Assembly: GCA_030950485.1 (NCBI GenBank)
Contig: JAUZRK010000021.1
Coordinates: 5,498 to 69,497 of the forward strand
DNA length: 64,000 nucleotides
Reading direction: 5' to 3'
Source of the DNA: Candidatus Dojkabacteria bacterium
GTDB lineage: Bacteria; Patescibacteriota; Dojkabacteria; J137
Both the position numbers and the translations under genes were made by a program. The notes under the pieces are model-generated. The model ran no database searches. It had not been told where the DNA came from and worked only from the letters and a program-made list of their open reading frames with translations. Shown in pieces: positions 1 to 10,154 of this stretch. The stretch's first letter is position 1; each line of letters begins with the position of its first letter.

Positions 1-207
1 AAGGAATAATAGTATTAGTAATGCTTGATGCATCTACTATTCTTTGTAATACGCCATAGCTCTTAGTAGTTGAGTCCCATATATTAACTTGAGGTTCTTT
101 TTTGAATTTTTTATCTTCAGGCGCTATCTCTAAATACTTATCTTCAGGCTTTAGTCTGATGACTTTAGTTTGATTGTCCTTTTTATAAGAATAAAGAGAC
201 ATATTTT

Positions 208-1563
208 TTGATGGATTCTAAGTATGTTAAAATAGTGAGAGTTTATAATAACCCTCAAATTTCAGTTTATCATAATTCTAATTATAAAATAAAAATGGCA
301 ATATCTTCAGAAGAAAAGCAAAAGGTGAAAAACCTAGTAATCCTTGGTAAAAAACAAGGCTACTTAACTCAAGATGATATTTTATCTGTATTCGCAAATA
401 TAGAAGATAATCTTCAACTACTTGAATATATAATAAGTAATCTTGAGAATGAAGATGTTCAAATAATAGAACCTGTTACAAATGCAGGATATGATGAGAC
501 TCAGAGGACAAAGTTAAGTTTTGATGAGAAAATCAAAATACTAAAACAAATTAAATCTCACGTAAGTACTGATCCAATTAGAGCATATTTACAAGAAATT
601 GGTCGAATTCCTCTTTTAAGCGCAGAAGAAGAAGTTATTCTTGCTAAAAGAATCGAGAAGGGTGAGGCTGAAATGCAAGAGGTAATAAAAAAATTAGCAG
701 AAGAAGAAAATGATGAAGTTTATATAAAGGCTTGGGCTAAGTTAAAAGAAGGTGATATTAAAAATAAAGAAGTTGATGCTGCAAAGAAAAGATTAAGCGA
801 GAAAGACAGAAAATATACAAGTAAAACTATTAGAACAGGTATCGAGGCAAAGCATTTACTAACTACTGCAAATCTAAGATTAGTAGTTTCAATTGCTAAG
901 AACTATCTTAAAAGAGGTCTAGCACTTCTTGATTTAATACAAGAGGGTAATCTTGGATTAATGAGAGCAGTAGAGAAATTTGAATATAGAAAAGGATTTA
1001 AGTTTTCTACATATGCGACATGGTGGATTAGACAGGCAATTACAAGAGCTATTGCAGACCAAGCTAGAACTATTAGAGTTCCAGTGCATATGATTGAAAC
1101 AATTAATAAACTAAGTAAAATTTCTTCACAGCTTGCATCAAAATTAGGTAGAAAACCAACTATCAAAGAAATTGCGAGAGCGATGGAAATTACTCCTAAA
1201 AAAGTCCAAGAGATTATAAAAATTGCACAAAAGCCTCAATCGTTAGAAACACCAATTGGTGAAGATGGAGATAATACTCTAATAGATATTATAGCCGATG
1301 AATATACGGCATCGCCATCTGAGCTTGCAACATTCTCATTCTTGAAGAAACAAATTTATGAAATTCTTGAAGGTTTAACTGATAGAGAAAGAAAGGTGTT
1401 AGAACTTAGATTTGGATTGAGAGATGGTGTTACAAGGACGTTAGAGGAAGTAGGACATGAGTTCAATGTAACAAGAGAGAGAATTAGACAGATTGAAGCT
1501 AAAGCTCTAAGAAGAATGAAGAGCGATGAAGTAGCACAGGCACTAAAAGACTATTTAACTTAA
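208..1563 (+). CDS. rpoD: RNA polymerase primary sigma factor (sigma-70 family); true start probably the ATG at 295 (MAISSEEK...)
   Basis: Conserved sigma-70 regions 1.2 through 4 are present (e.g. [76 protein letters not shown]). It ends in TAA. Confidence 0.92.
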   Translation: MMDSKYVKIVRVYNNPQISVYHNSNYKIKMAISSEEKQKVKNLVILGKKQGYLTQDDILSVFANIEDNLQLLEYIISNLENEDVQIIEPVTNAGYDETQRTKLSFDEKIKILKQIKSHVSTDPIRAYLQEIGRIPLLSAEEEVILAKRIEKGEAEMQEVIKKLAEEENDEVYIKAWAKLKEGDIKNKEVDAAKKRLSEKDRKYTSKTIRTGIEAKHLLTTANLRLVVSIAKNYLKRGLALLDLIQEGNLGLMRAVEKFEYRKGFKFSTYATWWIRQAITRAIADQARTIRVPVHMIETINKLSKISSQLASKLGRKPTIKEIARAMEITPKKVQEIIKIAQKPQSLETPIGEDGDNTLIDIIADEYTASPSELATFSFLKKQIYEILEGLTDRERKVLELRFGLRDGVTRTLEEVGHEFNVTRERIRQIEAKALRRMKSDEVAQALKDYLT

Positions 1564-1582
1564 TCTTTTATAAATAATACCG

Positions 1583-2407
1583 ATGGGGGGGAATTATTTA
1601 GAGAAAACAAAAGGTAAATCTTTAAACAGATTTAAAGTTTGGCTTGAACAAGCAAAGTATGACTTGGAAATTGCGAGAATATCGCATGACTCTGGTTATT
1701 ATGAATGGGCTTGTTATCAATCTATTCAATCAGTAGAAAAATTAGTGAAATCTGTTATTGTTCATTCTGGATATAGACCTCCTAGAATTCATAAGTTAGG
1801 AGTTCTATTAAGTATAGCCAATAGAGCAAATAAAGCTTTTGAAAATGTTAAATTAAACTTCAGAAAAGTAGAGTCATTTACTTTCATCTCAAGGTATCCA
1901 TTTATTATCCCTGGACAAAATAACACGCCTCATGAAATGATCTCTGCTGATGATTCAAAATTATGCATAAGATTAGCAACTGATATCTTTGAAGAAATAC
2001 AAGTTTTCCTAAAAGGGCAAAAAATTAGAACTCCAAATGGTGAATCTATCGAAATGCAAGATTACTATTTTACACAAGACGAAATTGATACAAGATTAAC
2101 GCAGATTGAAAGTTTACCTGAGATATGTGAAAAATTAGATATAAAAAAGATCATACTTTTTGGAAGTTTCTCTAGGGAGCTTATACGACCTAGATCAACA
2201 ACAATGGATATATTAATAGTTGCTGATACTACGCTATCTTTCTTCGATAGAATACATTATGTTAGAGAAAAAACGAGAGGCTTAGAGCCGATTGTTGAAC
2301 CAATAATTTATACTCCTAGTGAGTTTAATAACCTTTTAGTTGAAGAAGGCGAGGGCTACTTAGAGAGTGCGGTAGAGGAGGGAAAAGTATTGTTTGAGAA
2401 GAAATAA
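1583..2407 (+). CDS. Single-chain fusion of an N-terminal HEPN domain and a C-terminal minimal nucleotidyltransferase (MNT-like) domain
   Basis: The N-terminus has a HEPN-like helical region with an R-x4-H motif (YRPPRIHKL). The C-terminus has a pol-beta-type NTase signature (ILFGSFSRELIRPRSTTMDILIV, a GS...R plus acidic motif that is partly degenerate). Confidence 0.55.
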   Translation: MGGNYLEKTKGKSLNRFKVWLEQAKYDLEIARISHDSGYYEWACYQSIQSVEKLVKSVIVHSGYRPPRIHKLGVLLSIANRANKAFENVKLNFRKVESFTFISRYPFIIPGQNNTPHEMISADDSKLCIRLATDIFEEIQVFLKGQKIRTPNGESIEMQDYYFTQDEIDTRLTQIESLPEICEKLDIKKIILFGSFSRELIRPRSTTMDILIVADTTLSFFDRIHYVREKTRGLEPIVEPIIYTPSEFNNLLVEEGEGYLESAVEEGKVLFEKK

Positions 2408-2507
2408 TATATATGGAAATTCTTTTAGGTCCATTAATTGTAATACTTCTTAGATTAATAATCCCGCTTTATATTTTAAGAATCCTCTCGTTGGAGGTAT
2501 TATAGCG

Positions 2508-2960
2508 ATGGTGCTAGATGCACTTGATGTTGTGATACTAAGGCTATTAAATCTTGGAGATTTTGGCTCATACTCTCAAGTAGATAAGGCATTAGATTCT
2601 GACTATTTGCTTATTGAACTTATAGTTTCACTTAGAATATGGAAAAACCAAGTAGCAAAGAATATGAGTATTTTCTGGTTTGTCTGGCGAATGATTGGTG
2701 TAGTTTTATTTGAAATAACTGGAATTAGAAAATTATTAGTATTCTTTCCTAATATGTTTGAAAACTTCTTTTTATTCATTGAGATCTACAAGAGATTTAG
2801 AAGTGAGCATGATTTAACATTTAGAAAACTTATATACTGGAACATATTTTTGTTTGTTCTTAAACTTCCTATAGAGTTATTGTTACATTGGTATGAAGCC
2901 CAGCCTTGGAATTGGTTCCAAGTAAATATTCTTGGACTTAAGACTCTTCAAGAAAAATAA
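2508..2960 (+). CDS. Hypothetical hydrophobic/membrane protein
   Basis: ORF rich in F/L/I/W hydrophobic segments. No recognisable motif. Confidence 0.3.
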   Translation: MVLDALDVVILRLLNLGDFGSYSQVDKALDSDYLLIELIVSLRIWKNQVAKNMSIFWFVWRMIGVVLFEITGIRKLLVFFPNMFENFFLFIEIYKRFRSEHDLTFRKLIYWNIFLFVLKLPIELLLHWYEAQPWNWFQVNILGLKTLQEK

Positions 2961-3656
2961 CTAGAAAGTACTCCTATCAACAAAATAATCTTTTTCTATA
3001 TAGTTTCCTTCTGGAGGACTAATTGTCCACTTCAATAAATCTTCAATATCATAAAATTTATTTTCAAGCTGTCCTAATTGCTGTTTTTCAATCCATATAG
3101 GTTCTCCCTCTATAGTTTTTTTTGGTGTTCCATTAAATTCATTTATTTCGAATAAAATAAATAGTTTGTCTTCTAAAATCTCTTTTTGTTTTGTGTAGAC
3201 CCTATCGTGAACAATACACTTCTGTCTAAACTTAGTAGGGATTATATCAGCTTCTTCTTTTGTTTCTCTAATTAGTGACTCTTCAAAACTTTCTCCATAT
3301 TTTACTGTCCCTGTAATAACACCGTAATATCCAAAAAATGGTGATTTAAGTCGTTTTAGCATAAGTACTTTATTGTCTTTTATACAAAAGCCTACGACTG
3401 CAACTAGTGGTTGTTTCTCAACTTCATTTTTAAAGACGTCAATAGTTCTTCCAAATTTCTTTCCTTCTGGAGTTAGGTAATATCTTTTATCTTCAGTCTT
3501 TTTTACTAAATTTAATTCTATGAGCTTCTTAATATGATAAGCAAAATGTTCCGAATCTATTTCTTTAGTATTTATATCAGTAAAAGAAGCACCTTCTCTA
3601 AAGAGCAAATCTTTTACTATTAACATTTGAATGTAATGTAGGTTATTTGTATTCAT
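2961..3656 (-). CDS. NUDIX hydrolase with an N-terminal winged-helix DNA-binding domain
   Basis: N-terminal wHTH-like region (DLLFREGASFTDINTKEIDSEHFAYHIKKLIELNLV). Nudix box GYYGVITGTVKYGESFEESLIRETKEEADI (Gx5Ex7REuxEExGu). Confidence 0.6.
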   Translation of the reverse strand: MNTNNLHYIQMLIVKDLLFREGASFTDINTKEIDSEHFAYHIKKLIELNLVKKTEDKRYYLTPEGKKFGRTIDVFKNEVEKQPLVAVVGFCIKDNKVLMLKRLKSPFFGYYGVITGTVKYGESFEESLIRETKEEADIIPTKFRQKCIVHDRVYTKQKEILEDKLFILFEINEFNGTPKKTIEGEPIWIEKQQLGQLENKFYDIEDLLKWTISPPEGNYIEKDYFVDRSTF

Positions 3657-3742
3657 TAAAGTATTTTAAGTAATTGGATTATTACACGAAAGAATATTTT
3701 TCGTAAGTAAAATTGATTTTAGTAAAATAAAGTGGATCATAA

Positions 3743-3784
3743 AAAAAAGAGTGGAGAGATTGTTTATAATCTTTCCACTCTTTT
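3743..3784 (-). terminator. Rho-independent terminator downstream of rny (hairpin flanked by A-run and T-run)
   Basis: aaaaaaaa-GAGTGGAGAGATT...AATCTTTCCACTC-tttt: a 13-bp imperfect stem with U/A runs on both sides, directly 3' of the rny stop. Confidence 0.45.
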
Positions 3785-3802
3785 AAATTTATGTACATTA
3801 AC

Positions 3803-5332
3803 CTATTTTGCTTCGCTTTTAGTTCTGTATTCTCGAATCACACTTACTTTTACAGCACCCGGATAGTTTCCTGAACTTTCAATATCCTTTGCGATTTCAA
3901 ATGCCATTTTCTTAGTTTTATCGTCACTAATTTTTTCAGGATTAACAATAACTCTAACCTCTCTTCCTGCTTGTATTGCATATGAAGATTTAACACCCTC
4001 ACGTTTATTAGCAATATCTTCTAGTGTTCTAAGTCTTTTGACATAGTCCTCATAACTTTCTCTTCTAGCTCCTGGTCTAGAACCTGAGATTTTATTTGCT
4101 ATCTGAACAAGCTCAGCTTCAATATAGTTTGATTCAGCATCACCATGATGAGCTTCAACTGCATTAGCTAGAGCTTTACTTTTTGGCCAGTATTTTCTCG
4201 CAATATCTGCAGAAATTTGTCCGTGATTCTTTCCATCTTGAGGCATAACCTTTCCAACATCATGTAAAAGGCAAGCTAATTTTACATCTCTTACATTTGC
4301 GCCAACTTCATTTGCTAAAGCTTCTGCAATTTTTACAGTTTCCAATGTATGTTTAACTAAGTTTTGTCCATGGCTGAATCTATATTTAAATCTTCCTAAT
4401 AGTAAGATAACTTCATTTGGAATATCACTAAATCCTGCTTCAAATGCAAGTTCTTCTCCTGTCTTTTTAATTTCCTTAAGCACTTCTGTTTTGACTTTTT
4501 TGATTGTTTCCTCAATAGTTGCTGGATTGATTTTTCCAGTCTTAAGAAGCTTTTTTAGTGCAATTGCAGCTACTTCTCTTCTTATAGGATCAAAGCAAGA
4601 TATTGTAACCTCATTTGGAGATTCATCTATAATTACGTCAACTCCTGTTAATCTTTCAAAAGCTCTTACATTTCTTCCACTTTTACCTATAACTCTACTT
4701 TTTAATGATTCGTCTTCGATATCTATTGTTGTAGTTGTAGTTTCTGCAACATAATCAACTACACTATTTAGCATTGTATCTACAAGAATCTTTTTGCTTA
4801 TTTCTTCTGATTTCTCTTTTATTTCTGTTTCAGACTCTTTAATTTTCTTAGTTATCCAGTCTCCGATATCTTCTTCGACTTCTTTTTTAAGAATTTCTTC
4901 TGCCTCTTCTTTAGTTAACCCAGCAACTTTCTCAAGTTGTAATTTTAGATCATCTACTTTACTCTTAATTTCTGATCTTTGATTTTCTATTTCTTTATCT
5001 TTTTCTTCTAGTTCGTCTAACCTACTATCTAGCTGTTTAGATCTTTTTAATAGCTTTTCTTCCTTTTCATCTAATAATCTTTCTTGCTGCTTGAACTTTG
5101 CTCTTGCACTAGCGATTTCTGTGTTCGCTCTTTTTTCTATTTCATTTGCTTCCTTTTCTGCTTTAACTAATTTTTCTTTCGCAAGTTTACTTGCTTTTTC
5201 GATTGCTTCTAACTCAGTAAGAGTCTTTTCTTTTTTTGTTCTCTTTAGTTTGTTTAGCTGAGAGTACAGATATACTGCGAAAGCTGCAGCGCCTGCCAAT
5301 GCTAAAACTAATACAATGATAAATATATTCAT
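3803..5332 (-). CDS. rny: Ribonuclease Y
   Basis: N-terminal TM helix, long coiled coil, KH domain (KSGRNVRAFERLTGVDVIIDE), and HD domain (LACLLHDVGKV, HHGD). Confidence 0.9.
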   Translation of the reverse strand: MNIFIIVLVLALAGAAAFAVYLYSQLNKLKRTKKEKTLTELEAIEKASKLAKEKLVKAEKEANEIEKRANTEIASARAKFKQQERLLDEKEEKLLKRSKQLDSRLDELEEKDKEIENQRSEIKSKVDDLKLQLEKVAGLTKEEAEEILKKEVEEDIGDWITKKIKESETEIKEKSEEISKKILVDTMLNSVVDYVAETTTTTIDIEDESLKSRVIGKSGRNVRAFERLTGVDVIIDESPNEVTISCFDPIRREVAAIALKKLLKTGKINPATIEETIKKVKTEVLKEIKKTGEELAFEAGFSDIPNEVILLLGRFKYRFSHGQNLVKHTLETVKIAEALANEVGANVRDVKLACLLHDVGKVMPQDGKNHGQISADIARKYWPKSKALANAVEAHHGDAESNYIEAELVQIANKISGSRPGARRESYEDYVKRLRTLEDIANKREGVKSSYAIQAGREVRVIVNPEKISDDKTKKMAFEIAKDIESSGNYPGAVKVSVIREYRTKSEAK

Positions 5333-5606
5333 CTTTCTTTAAAATTAATAACCTAATATTTAAGAAAGGATATTATGTGGCTAGATTAGCTAACTTATTT
5401 AAAACGAAGTTATAAACTGTGTTGTAAATTTTCTAGTTGTGGTTAGATAAAATAAGTTTCATTTAAGTCTAGTAAGCCAATTCAAAATATTCCTTTCAAT
5501 AAATTATTATATCATAATTAATTTTTATCTAAGAACTTGAAATAATAAAAAGAATTTTTAATAAAGGCTTCTATAATGTAAAATAAGAATAAATATATCA
5601 ATATAA

Positions 5607-6719
5607 ATGGGTAGAGTATTATTAGGCGCTGCACACACATTAATGCAGCCTGGAGAAATATATAAAGATTTAAGAGAAGCGGACTTAACTAGGAAATTCC
5701 TGAAATTTGCTATTTCTCATCTGGAGAAAAAAGGAATTGAATTCAAAACAGTTCCTTTAGACTTATCACTACTAAAAAGAATTGATTGGATAAATAATAC
5801 TGGATACTCTCAGGAAACTGATGATGTTTTTATTGAATTACATGTTAACGATGGAGGCAAAAGAGGAATAGAGAACTGGTATTCAGATGATCCAGGAGAG
5901 GATAATCCTTCACAGAGATTTGCTGAGTTTATGATTGATGACATGTGTTCTTCATTAGGCTTTACAAACCATGGAGCAAAAAGTGAACACGATTGCCCTC
6001 TTACATCTTTACTAATTCTAAATCAGACAAAAACAATCAGTATTGCAACTGAATTACTATTTATCGATAACGAAGAAGACATCGCTATTCTTAAAGATGA
6101 TTCAAAAGTAGATAACTTAATGAAAGTACTTGTCGAGTCAATTGCAAAATTCTTTGAAGATATTAAAAAGATTCCACTTAAGAAAAAAGCAAAAGTAATT
6201 CCTCCCAAATTTGGTAAGTTTACTAAGCCATCAACTAAGCCAGGGATATCTGGGGGCTCACCATTTTCAACAAAACCAATACCTTCTTTTAATGCTTCAG
6301 TTCCAACAGCTAAAAGCAGTGGAAGTAGTAATCTATTAATGGATAGAGATCAGAGGAAACAAATGATTATAGATACATATAAAAAGATTCTTGGTGATGA
6401 ACCAAAGCAAAATGACCTAAACTATTATCTTAATATGGGAATATCTGAAGAAGAATTAATAAAAAAGATAGTAGATACTGAAGATTTTAAAAAGATGGTT
6501 AAAGATGCAAAAGATGCTATTGAGCTAAGGGAAAAATCTGCACAAATGGATACAGACTTAGCTATGTATAAAGGTAAAGCTACAGATCTTCAAGGAATGT
6601 TAGATAACTTAAATAAGGTATTAGCACATAAAAACCTTTCAATACAGCAAATGCAAAATGAATTAATTAATAGAGGAGTAGTACAGAAAGGTCAATATTA
6701 TCACCCTAATCAAGTTTAA
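5607..6719 (+). CDS. N-acetylmuramoyl-L-alanine amidase (Amidase_3 fold) with a C-terminal DUF4214-like/coiled-coil extension
   Basis: Amidase_3-like pattern (GAAHT..., FIELHVNDGG...ENWY, PLTSLLILNQTKTISIATELLFIDNEEDIAIL). C-terminal KQMIIDTYKKILGDEPKQNDLNYYLNMGISEEELIKKIVDTEDFKKMV resembles DUF4214. Confidence 0.65.
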   Translation: MGRVLLGAAHTLMQPGEIYKDLREADLTRKFLKFAISHLEKKGIEFKTVPLDLSLLKRIDWINNTGYSQETDDVFIELHVNDGGKRGIENWYSDDPGEDNPSQRFAEFMIDDMCSSLGFTNHGAKSEHDCPLTSLLILNQTKTISIATELLFIDNEEDIAILKDDSKVDNLMKVLVESIAKFFEDIKKIPLKKKAKVIPPKFGKFTKPSTKPGISGGSPFSTKPIPSFNASVPTAKSSGSSNLLMDRDQRKQMIIDTYKKILGDEPKQNDLNYYLNMGISEEELIKKIVDTEDFKKMVKDAKDAIELREKSAQMDTDLAMYKGKATDLQGMLDNLNKVLAHKNLSIQQMQNELINRGVVQKGQYYHPNQV

Positions 6720-7348
6720 TGCTCGAATTCGCCTAACATAACTCTTTGTCTTAGATTTATAATATCTTTTAGCATAGAAAGTGTTTTTCTATTAAATCTA
6801 TTAACACTAATCTCTTGACCATTTACTACATGACTTAGAGGAATATTATAATGTATAGACATTGAAATTATTCTTTTCGATATCTCTAGCAAGCTAAGTT
6901 CCTGGTTTAGTAAAGTTATATCTAGCTCTTCTTCTGATTTTTTTGAAATTAATCTAAGTAATTTAATTGCTCTTCTAAGATAATTCTTAGGTGTATTAAC
7001 AAACTCAAAATCATTTGTTTCTAGTCTTTTTTGTAATGAGTTATACCCCATTAGTAACATAGAACATGTGTTTGCTTCTTCCTCGCTAAGTAGAGCTTGC
7101 CTAATTATCCTAAATTTTGTAGTAGTATTTACTTTAAGTTTTTGAGTTAAAGCTTCATCGATTTGAAGCTCTTCAAGTTGAGTGATTTTAATCTCATCAG
7201 AAATTCTAAAATCTACTAGGATATTCTTTATTTCTGTTTGAATATCTACATCTGATTGGTTGAAGTTTTCTATAAATTCACTGATATCTTGAGGCTGTTT
7301 ATTTGCAAATTCAATTTTATTTAAATCATCTTCTCCATAATCACTCAT
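6716..7348 (-). CDS. Hypothetical protein next to parB
   Basis: ORF only. No motif recognised. Confidence 0.35.
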   Translation of the reverse strand: MSDYGEDDLNKIEFANKQPQDISEFIENFNQSDVDIQTEIKNILVDFRISDEIKITQLEELQIDEALTQKLKVNTTTKFRIIRQALLSEEEANTCSMLLMGYNSLQKRLETNDFEFVNTPKNYLRRAIKLLRLISKKSEEELDITLLNQELSLLEISKRIISMSIHYNIPLSHVVNGQEISVNRFNRKTLSMLKDIINLRQRVMLGEFEH

Positions 7349-7391
7349 TCGAATTACCTAACTTTGAGGATTTTAGCAGAACTATTTGATT

Positions 7392-8246
7392 TTAAAAAAT
7401 CTTTTCTACTATATCGTCTAGCTCAGAATCATCTTTAAAAGGAATGACAATTTTGCCACCTTTTTTAGTTCTTGCTAGTGAGACTGATTTACCAAATCTT
7501 TCTCTAAGACCTGTTTCAATACTAAGTGTTTTTTTATCAATTATTCTATTTGTACTTTTCTTAGTTTTCATCTGACCTTTATTTAATCTCCTTACAAGTT
7601 CTTCTACAGCTCTTACAGAGAGCTTATCTCTTAATATTATCTTATAAGTAGCAATCATTGTCTCTTCTGATTTCAATCCAAGGAGTGCTCTTGCATGTCC
7701 TTCGCTAATTTTCTCTTCTAATAATCCTTTTTTAATATCTTCAGGTAAAGTTAACAGTCTAATTTTATTAGCAATTGCTGGTCGACTAATTCCTACTTTC
7801 TTAGAGATTTGTTCATGTGTCATCTTAAAACTTTCGCTTAATTGTTGGAAAGCTAAACCTTCTTCAAGTGCATTTAAATCTTCTCTTTGTATATTCTCAA
7901 TCACTGCAAGTTCTAACATCTCTTTTGGTGTAGCTTCTTTTACTACAACAGGAACGAATTTTAATCCTGCAAGTTTGGCAGCTCTCAACCTTCTTTCTCC
8001 AGCAATTAATTCATAGTTATTCTCGGATTTCTTTGTAACTAGAAGCGGCTCTATAACACCATACTCCCTCATAGAGTCAGCTAGTTCAACTAATTTTTCA
8101 GGGTTCATTTGTGCCCTTGGTTGGTAAGGGTTCGCCACTACAAGGTTAATTGGTAGTTTAGCAATAAAACCGTTAGAGATCTCATTTACAGAGCTCTTAT
8201 CAATTAGTGCTGATAGTCCTTGTCCTAAAGCTGATTTTCTTGCCAT
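7392..8246 (-). CDS. parB: Chromosome partitioning protein ParB (Spo0J)
   Basis: ParB box GERRLRAAKLAGL, an HTH (THEQISKKVGISRPAIANKIRLL), and LPINLVVANPYQPR. Confidence 0.9.
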   Translation of the reverse strand: MARKSALGQGLSALIDKSSVNEISNGFIAKLPINLVVANPYQPRAQMNPEKLVELADSMREYGVIEPLLVTKKSENNYELIAGERRLRAAKLAGLKFVPVVVKEATPKEMLELAVIENIQREDLNALEEGLAFQQLSESFKMTHEQISKKVGISRPAIANKIRLLTLPEDIKKGLLEEKISEGHARALLGLKSEETMIATYKIILRDKLSVRAVEELVRRLNKGQMKTKKSTNRIIDKKTLSIETGLRERFGKSVSLARTKKGGKIVIPFKDDSELDDIVEKIF

Positions 8247-8315
8247 ATGATTAATTTATTTCTTTAAAATATATTTACATATAATCCAGATCACTTCAAC
8301 GCTAAACTTTAAGTC

Positions 8316-9092
8316 TTAAGCGCTTTCGAATCTTTTTATTATTTCTTCAGTTAGTCTCTCATAAGCTTTTGCGCCTGTTGATTCAGGATCATATTCGAAT
8401 ATAGATAATCCATGCGAAGGAGCTTCCGAAAGTCTAATATTTCGTGGAACAATTGTATCAAATAATTTTTCACCGAAAAAGTTTTGTAATTCTGCGGCTA
8501 TATCTTTGCTTAAATTTGTTCTTGTATCAAACATTGTTAGAACAACTCCACCTATATCTAATTGGCTATTTAAATTCTCTTTAACTAATTTTATTGTATT
8601 AATAAGTTGTCCTAAGCCTTCTAGAGCAAAGTATTCTGCTTGAACAGGAATTAATACTTTATCTGAAGCGACATGTCCATTGATTGTAATAAGGCCTAAT
8701 GATGGAGGGCAATCGATGAGGATATAGTCGTAATCATCTTTTATAATATCTAACGCTCTTTTAAGAATTGTTTCTCTAGACATTGAGTTAACCATTTCTA
8801 CTTCAGCTCCAGCTAGTTCAATTCCTGATGGAAGTATATCTAAATGTTCAACTCTAGTTGGTTTAATAATGCTGTTAGGATCTACTTTGTTAATAAGTAA
8901 ATCATAAGTAGTTTTATATTTAGTATCTTTATCTCTATCTCTAGTAAAGCCTATTCCTGAGGTTAAGTTAGCCTGAGGATCTATATCTACTATTAGAACC
9001 TTTTTTCCTTTATTAGCTAAAAATACAGCAAGATTAAGTGTTGTTGTTGTTTTTCCAACTCCTCCTTTTTGATTTGAAATTGATAGTATCAT
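8316..9092 (-). CDS. parA: Chromosome partitioning ATPase ParA (Soj)
   Basis: Deviant Walker A KGGVGKTTT, plus DIDPQANLT, and a ParA-like C-terminus. Confidence 0.9.
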   Translation of the reverse strand: MILSISNQKGGVGKTTTTLNLAVFLANKGKKVLIVDIDPQANLTSGIGFTRDRDKDTKYKTTYDLLINKVDPNSIIKPTRVEHLDILPSGIELAGAEVEMVNSMSRETILKRALDIIKDDYDYILIDCPPSLGLITINGHVASDKVLIPVQAEYFALEGLGQLINTIKLVKENLNSQLDIGGVVLTMFDTRTNLSKDIAAELQNFFGEKLFDTIVPRNIRLSEAPSHGLSIFEYDPESTGAKAYERLTEEIIKRFESA

Positions 9093-9258
9093 TTATAAAA
9101 GCATTATCATTAGTAGTATACTATAAGTAATAAAGCAAAAGTAAAAAGCTTAAAGTCACAGTATGAGAAAAATGATGACAGGTATAAAGAGTAGGAATTA
9201 TTTTAATTGATCTAATCGATCTAATTATACTAAATAAAAGTTGTAGTATAAAAACTAT

Positions 9259-9843
9259 ATGAAATTATTTGACAGGAATTATTATGAAAATGAAGTTTTT
9301 GAAGAAATTAGCTTAGATATTTCTAAGACTGATTTTAACAGTGTAACTTTTAAGAATTGCGACTTTAGTGAAAAGCAATTAAAGGCTAATGATTTTATTA
9401 GATGTAAGTTTATTAACTGTAATTTTCTAAGTACAGATTTTACTGATTCAAAATTAGAAGAACCTATCTTTAAATCCTGTAGGTTATCTGGAATGAATTG
9501 GAGCAGACTAAGGGATTCCTTACATTCGAAATATATTTTTGAGCAGTGTGACTTAAGATTTAGCGCGTTTGTTGATAAAGATTTTTTTATGTCTGAATTT
9601 AATGAATGTAAGATAAACGAATCAGAATTTGATAGTTGTAAACTTAATAAGACAAAATTTTCTTCAGATTTACTGTTAGTGAGTTTTAAAAATTGTGAAT
9701 TGAATAAGGCAGATTTTTCAAGGTCTAAGAATGTATTTATTGATTTAGTTTCGAATAAGGTTAAGGGAATGAAGTTATCAGATAGACAACTTGAAGGTTT
9801 GATAGGGCAGTTTGGGGTTGAGGTTGTTGAGGATGAATATTAA
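9259..9843 (+). CDS. Pentapeptide-repeat protein
   Basis: Tandem A(D/N)LxX-like pentapeptides (FKNCDFSEKQLKANDFIRCKFINCNFLSTDFTDSKL...). Confidence 0.5.
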   Translation: MKLFDRNYYENEVFEEISLDISKTDFNSVTFKNCDFSEKQLKANDFIRCKFINCNFLSTDFTDSKLEEPIFKSCRLSGMNWSRLRDSLHSKYIFEQCDLRFSAFVDKDFFMSEFNECKINESEFDSCKLNKTKFSSDLLLVSFKNCELNKADFSRSKNVFIDLVSNKVKGMKLSDRQLEGLIGQFGVEVVEDEY

Positions 9844-10124
9844 ATAATAGAGAAGGCGACAATGATACATATTCACTTCTTGTAAGAATTTTATTAAATG
9901 TACATTTATACTTTTACGTTCTTTTGTGACCAAAAGAACCAAAAGTCCTGGGAACTTGTAACGGCGACTAACTGTTGTTTGCTATCTCGCCCAACAAAAT
10001 CCCAGACTCAATTTTAACCCGTTTGTGAAAAACTCTCATCTAGAGAAATAATATCCAATGAAGATTTTAATTGGATAGTTTAATTACAGTAGCTTCACTA
10101 GTAATGACTTAATTACTTAGTTAC

Positions 10125-10153
10125 AAAGGGCGGGGTCATCCCCGCCCTTTTTC
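10125..10153. terminator. Bidirectional intrinsic terminator between the convergent gene 9259..9843 and ileS
   Basis: aaa-GGGCGGGG-tcat-CCCCGCCC-ttttt: a perfect 8-bp GC stem with flanking A and T runs. Confidence 0.7.
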
Positions 10154-10154
10154 T

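Noticed and set aside
903-1166. Short antisense ORFs nested inside larger genes (e.g. 903..1166, 4491..4754, 11442..11669, 12235..12492, 25289..25522, 29534..30016, 41380..41913, 43261..43755, 44779..45432, 57711..58539)
   Set aside because: They overlap strongly conserved genes on the opposite strand and have low-complexity, non-homologous translations. These are typical shadow ORFs.
9880-10120. Possible structured ncRNA (SRP/6S-like) in the 280-nt spacer before the ileS terminator
   Set aside because: No conserved SRP domain IV or 6S features could be recognised by eye. Only the terminal GC hairpin is convincing.
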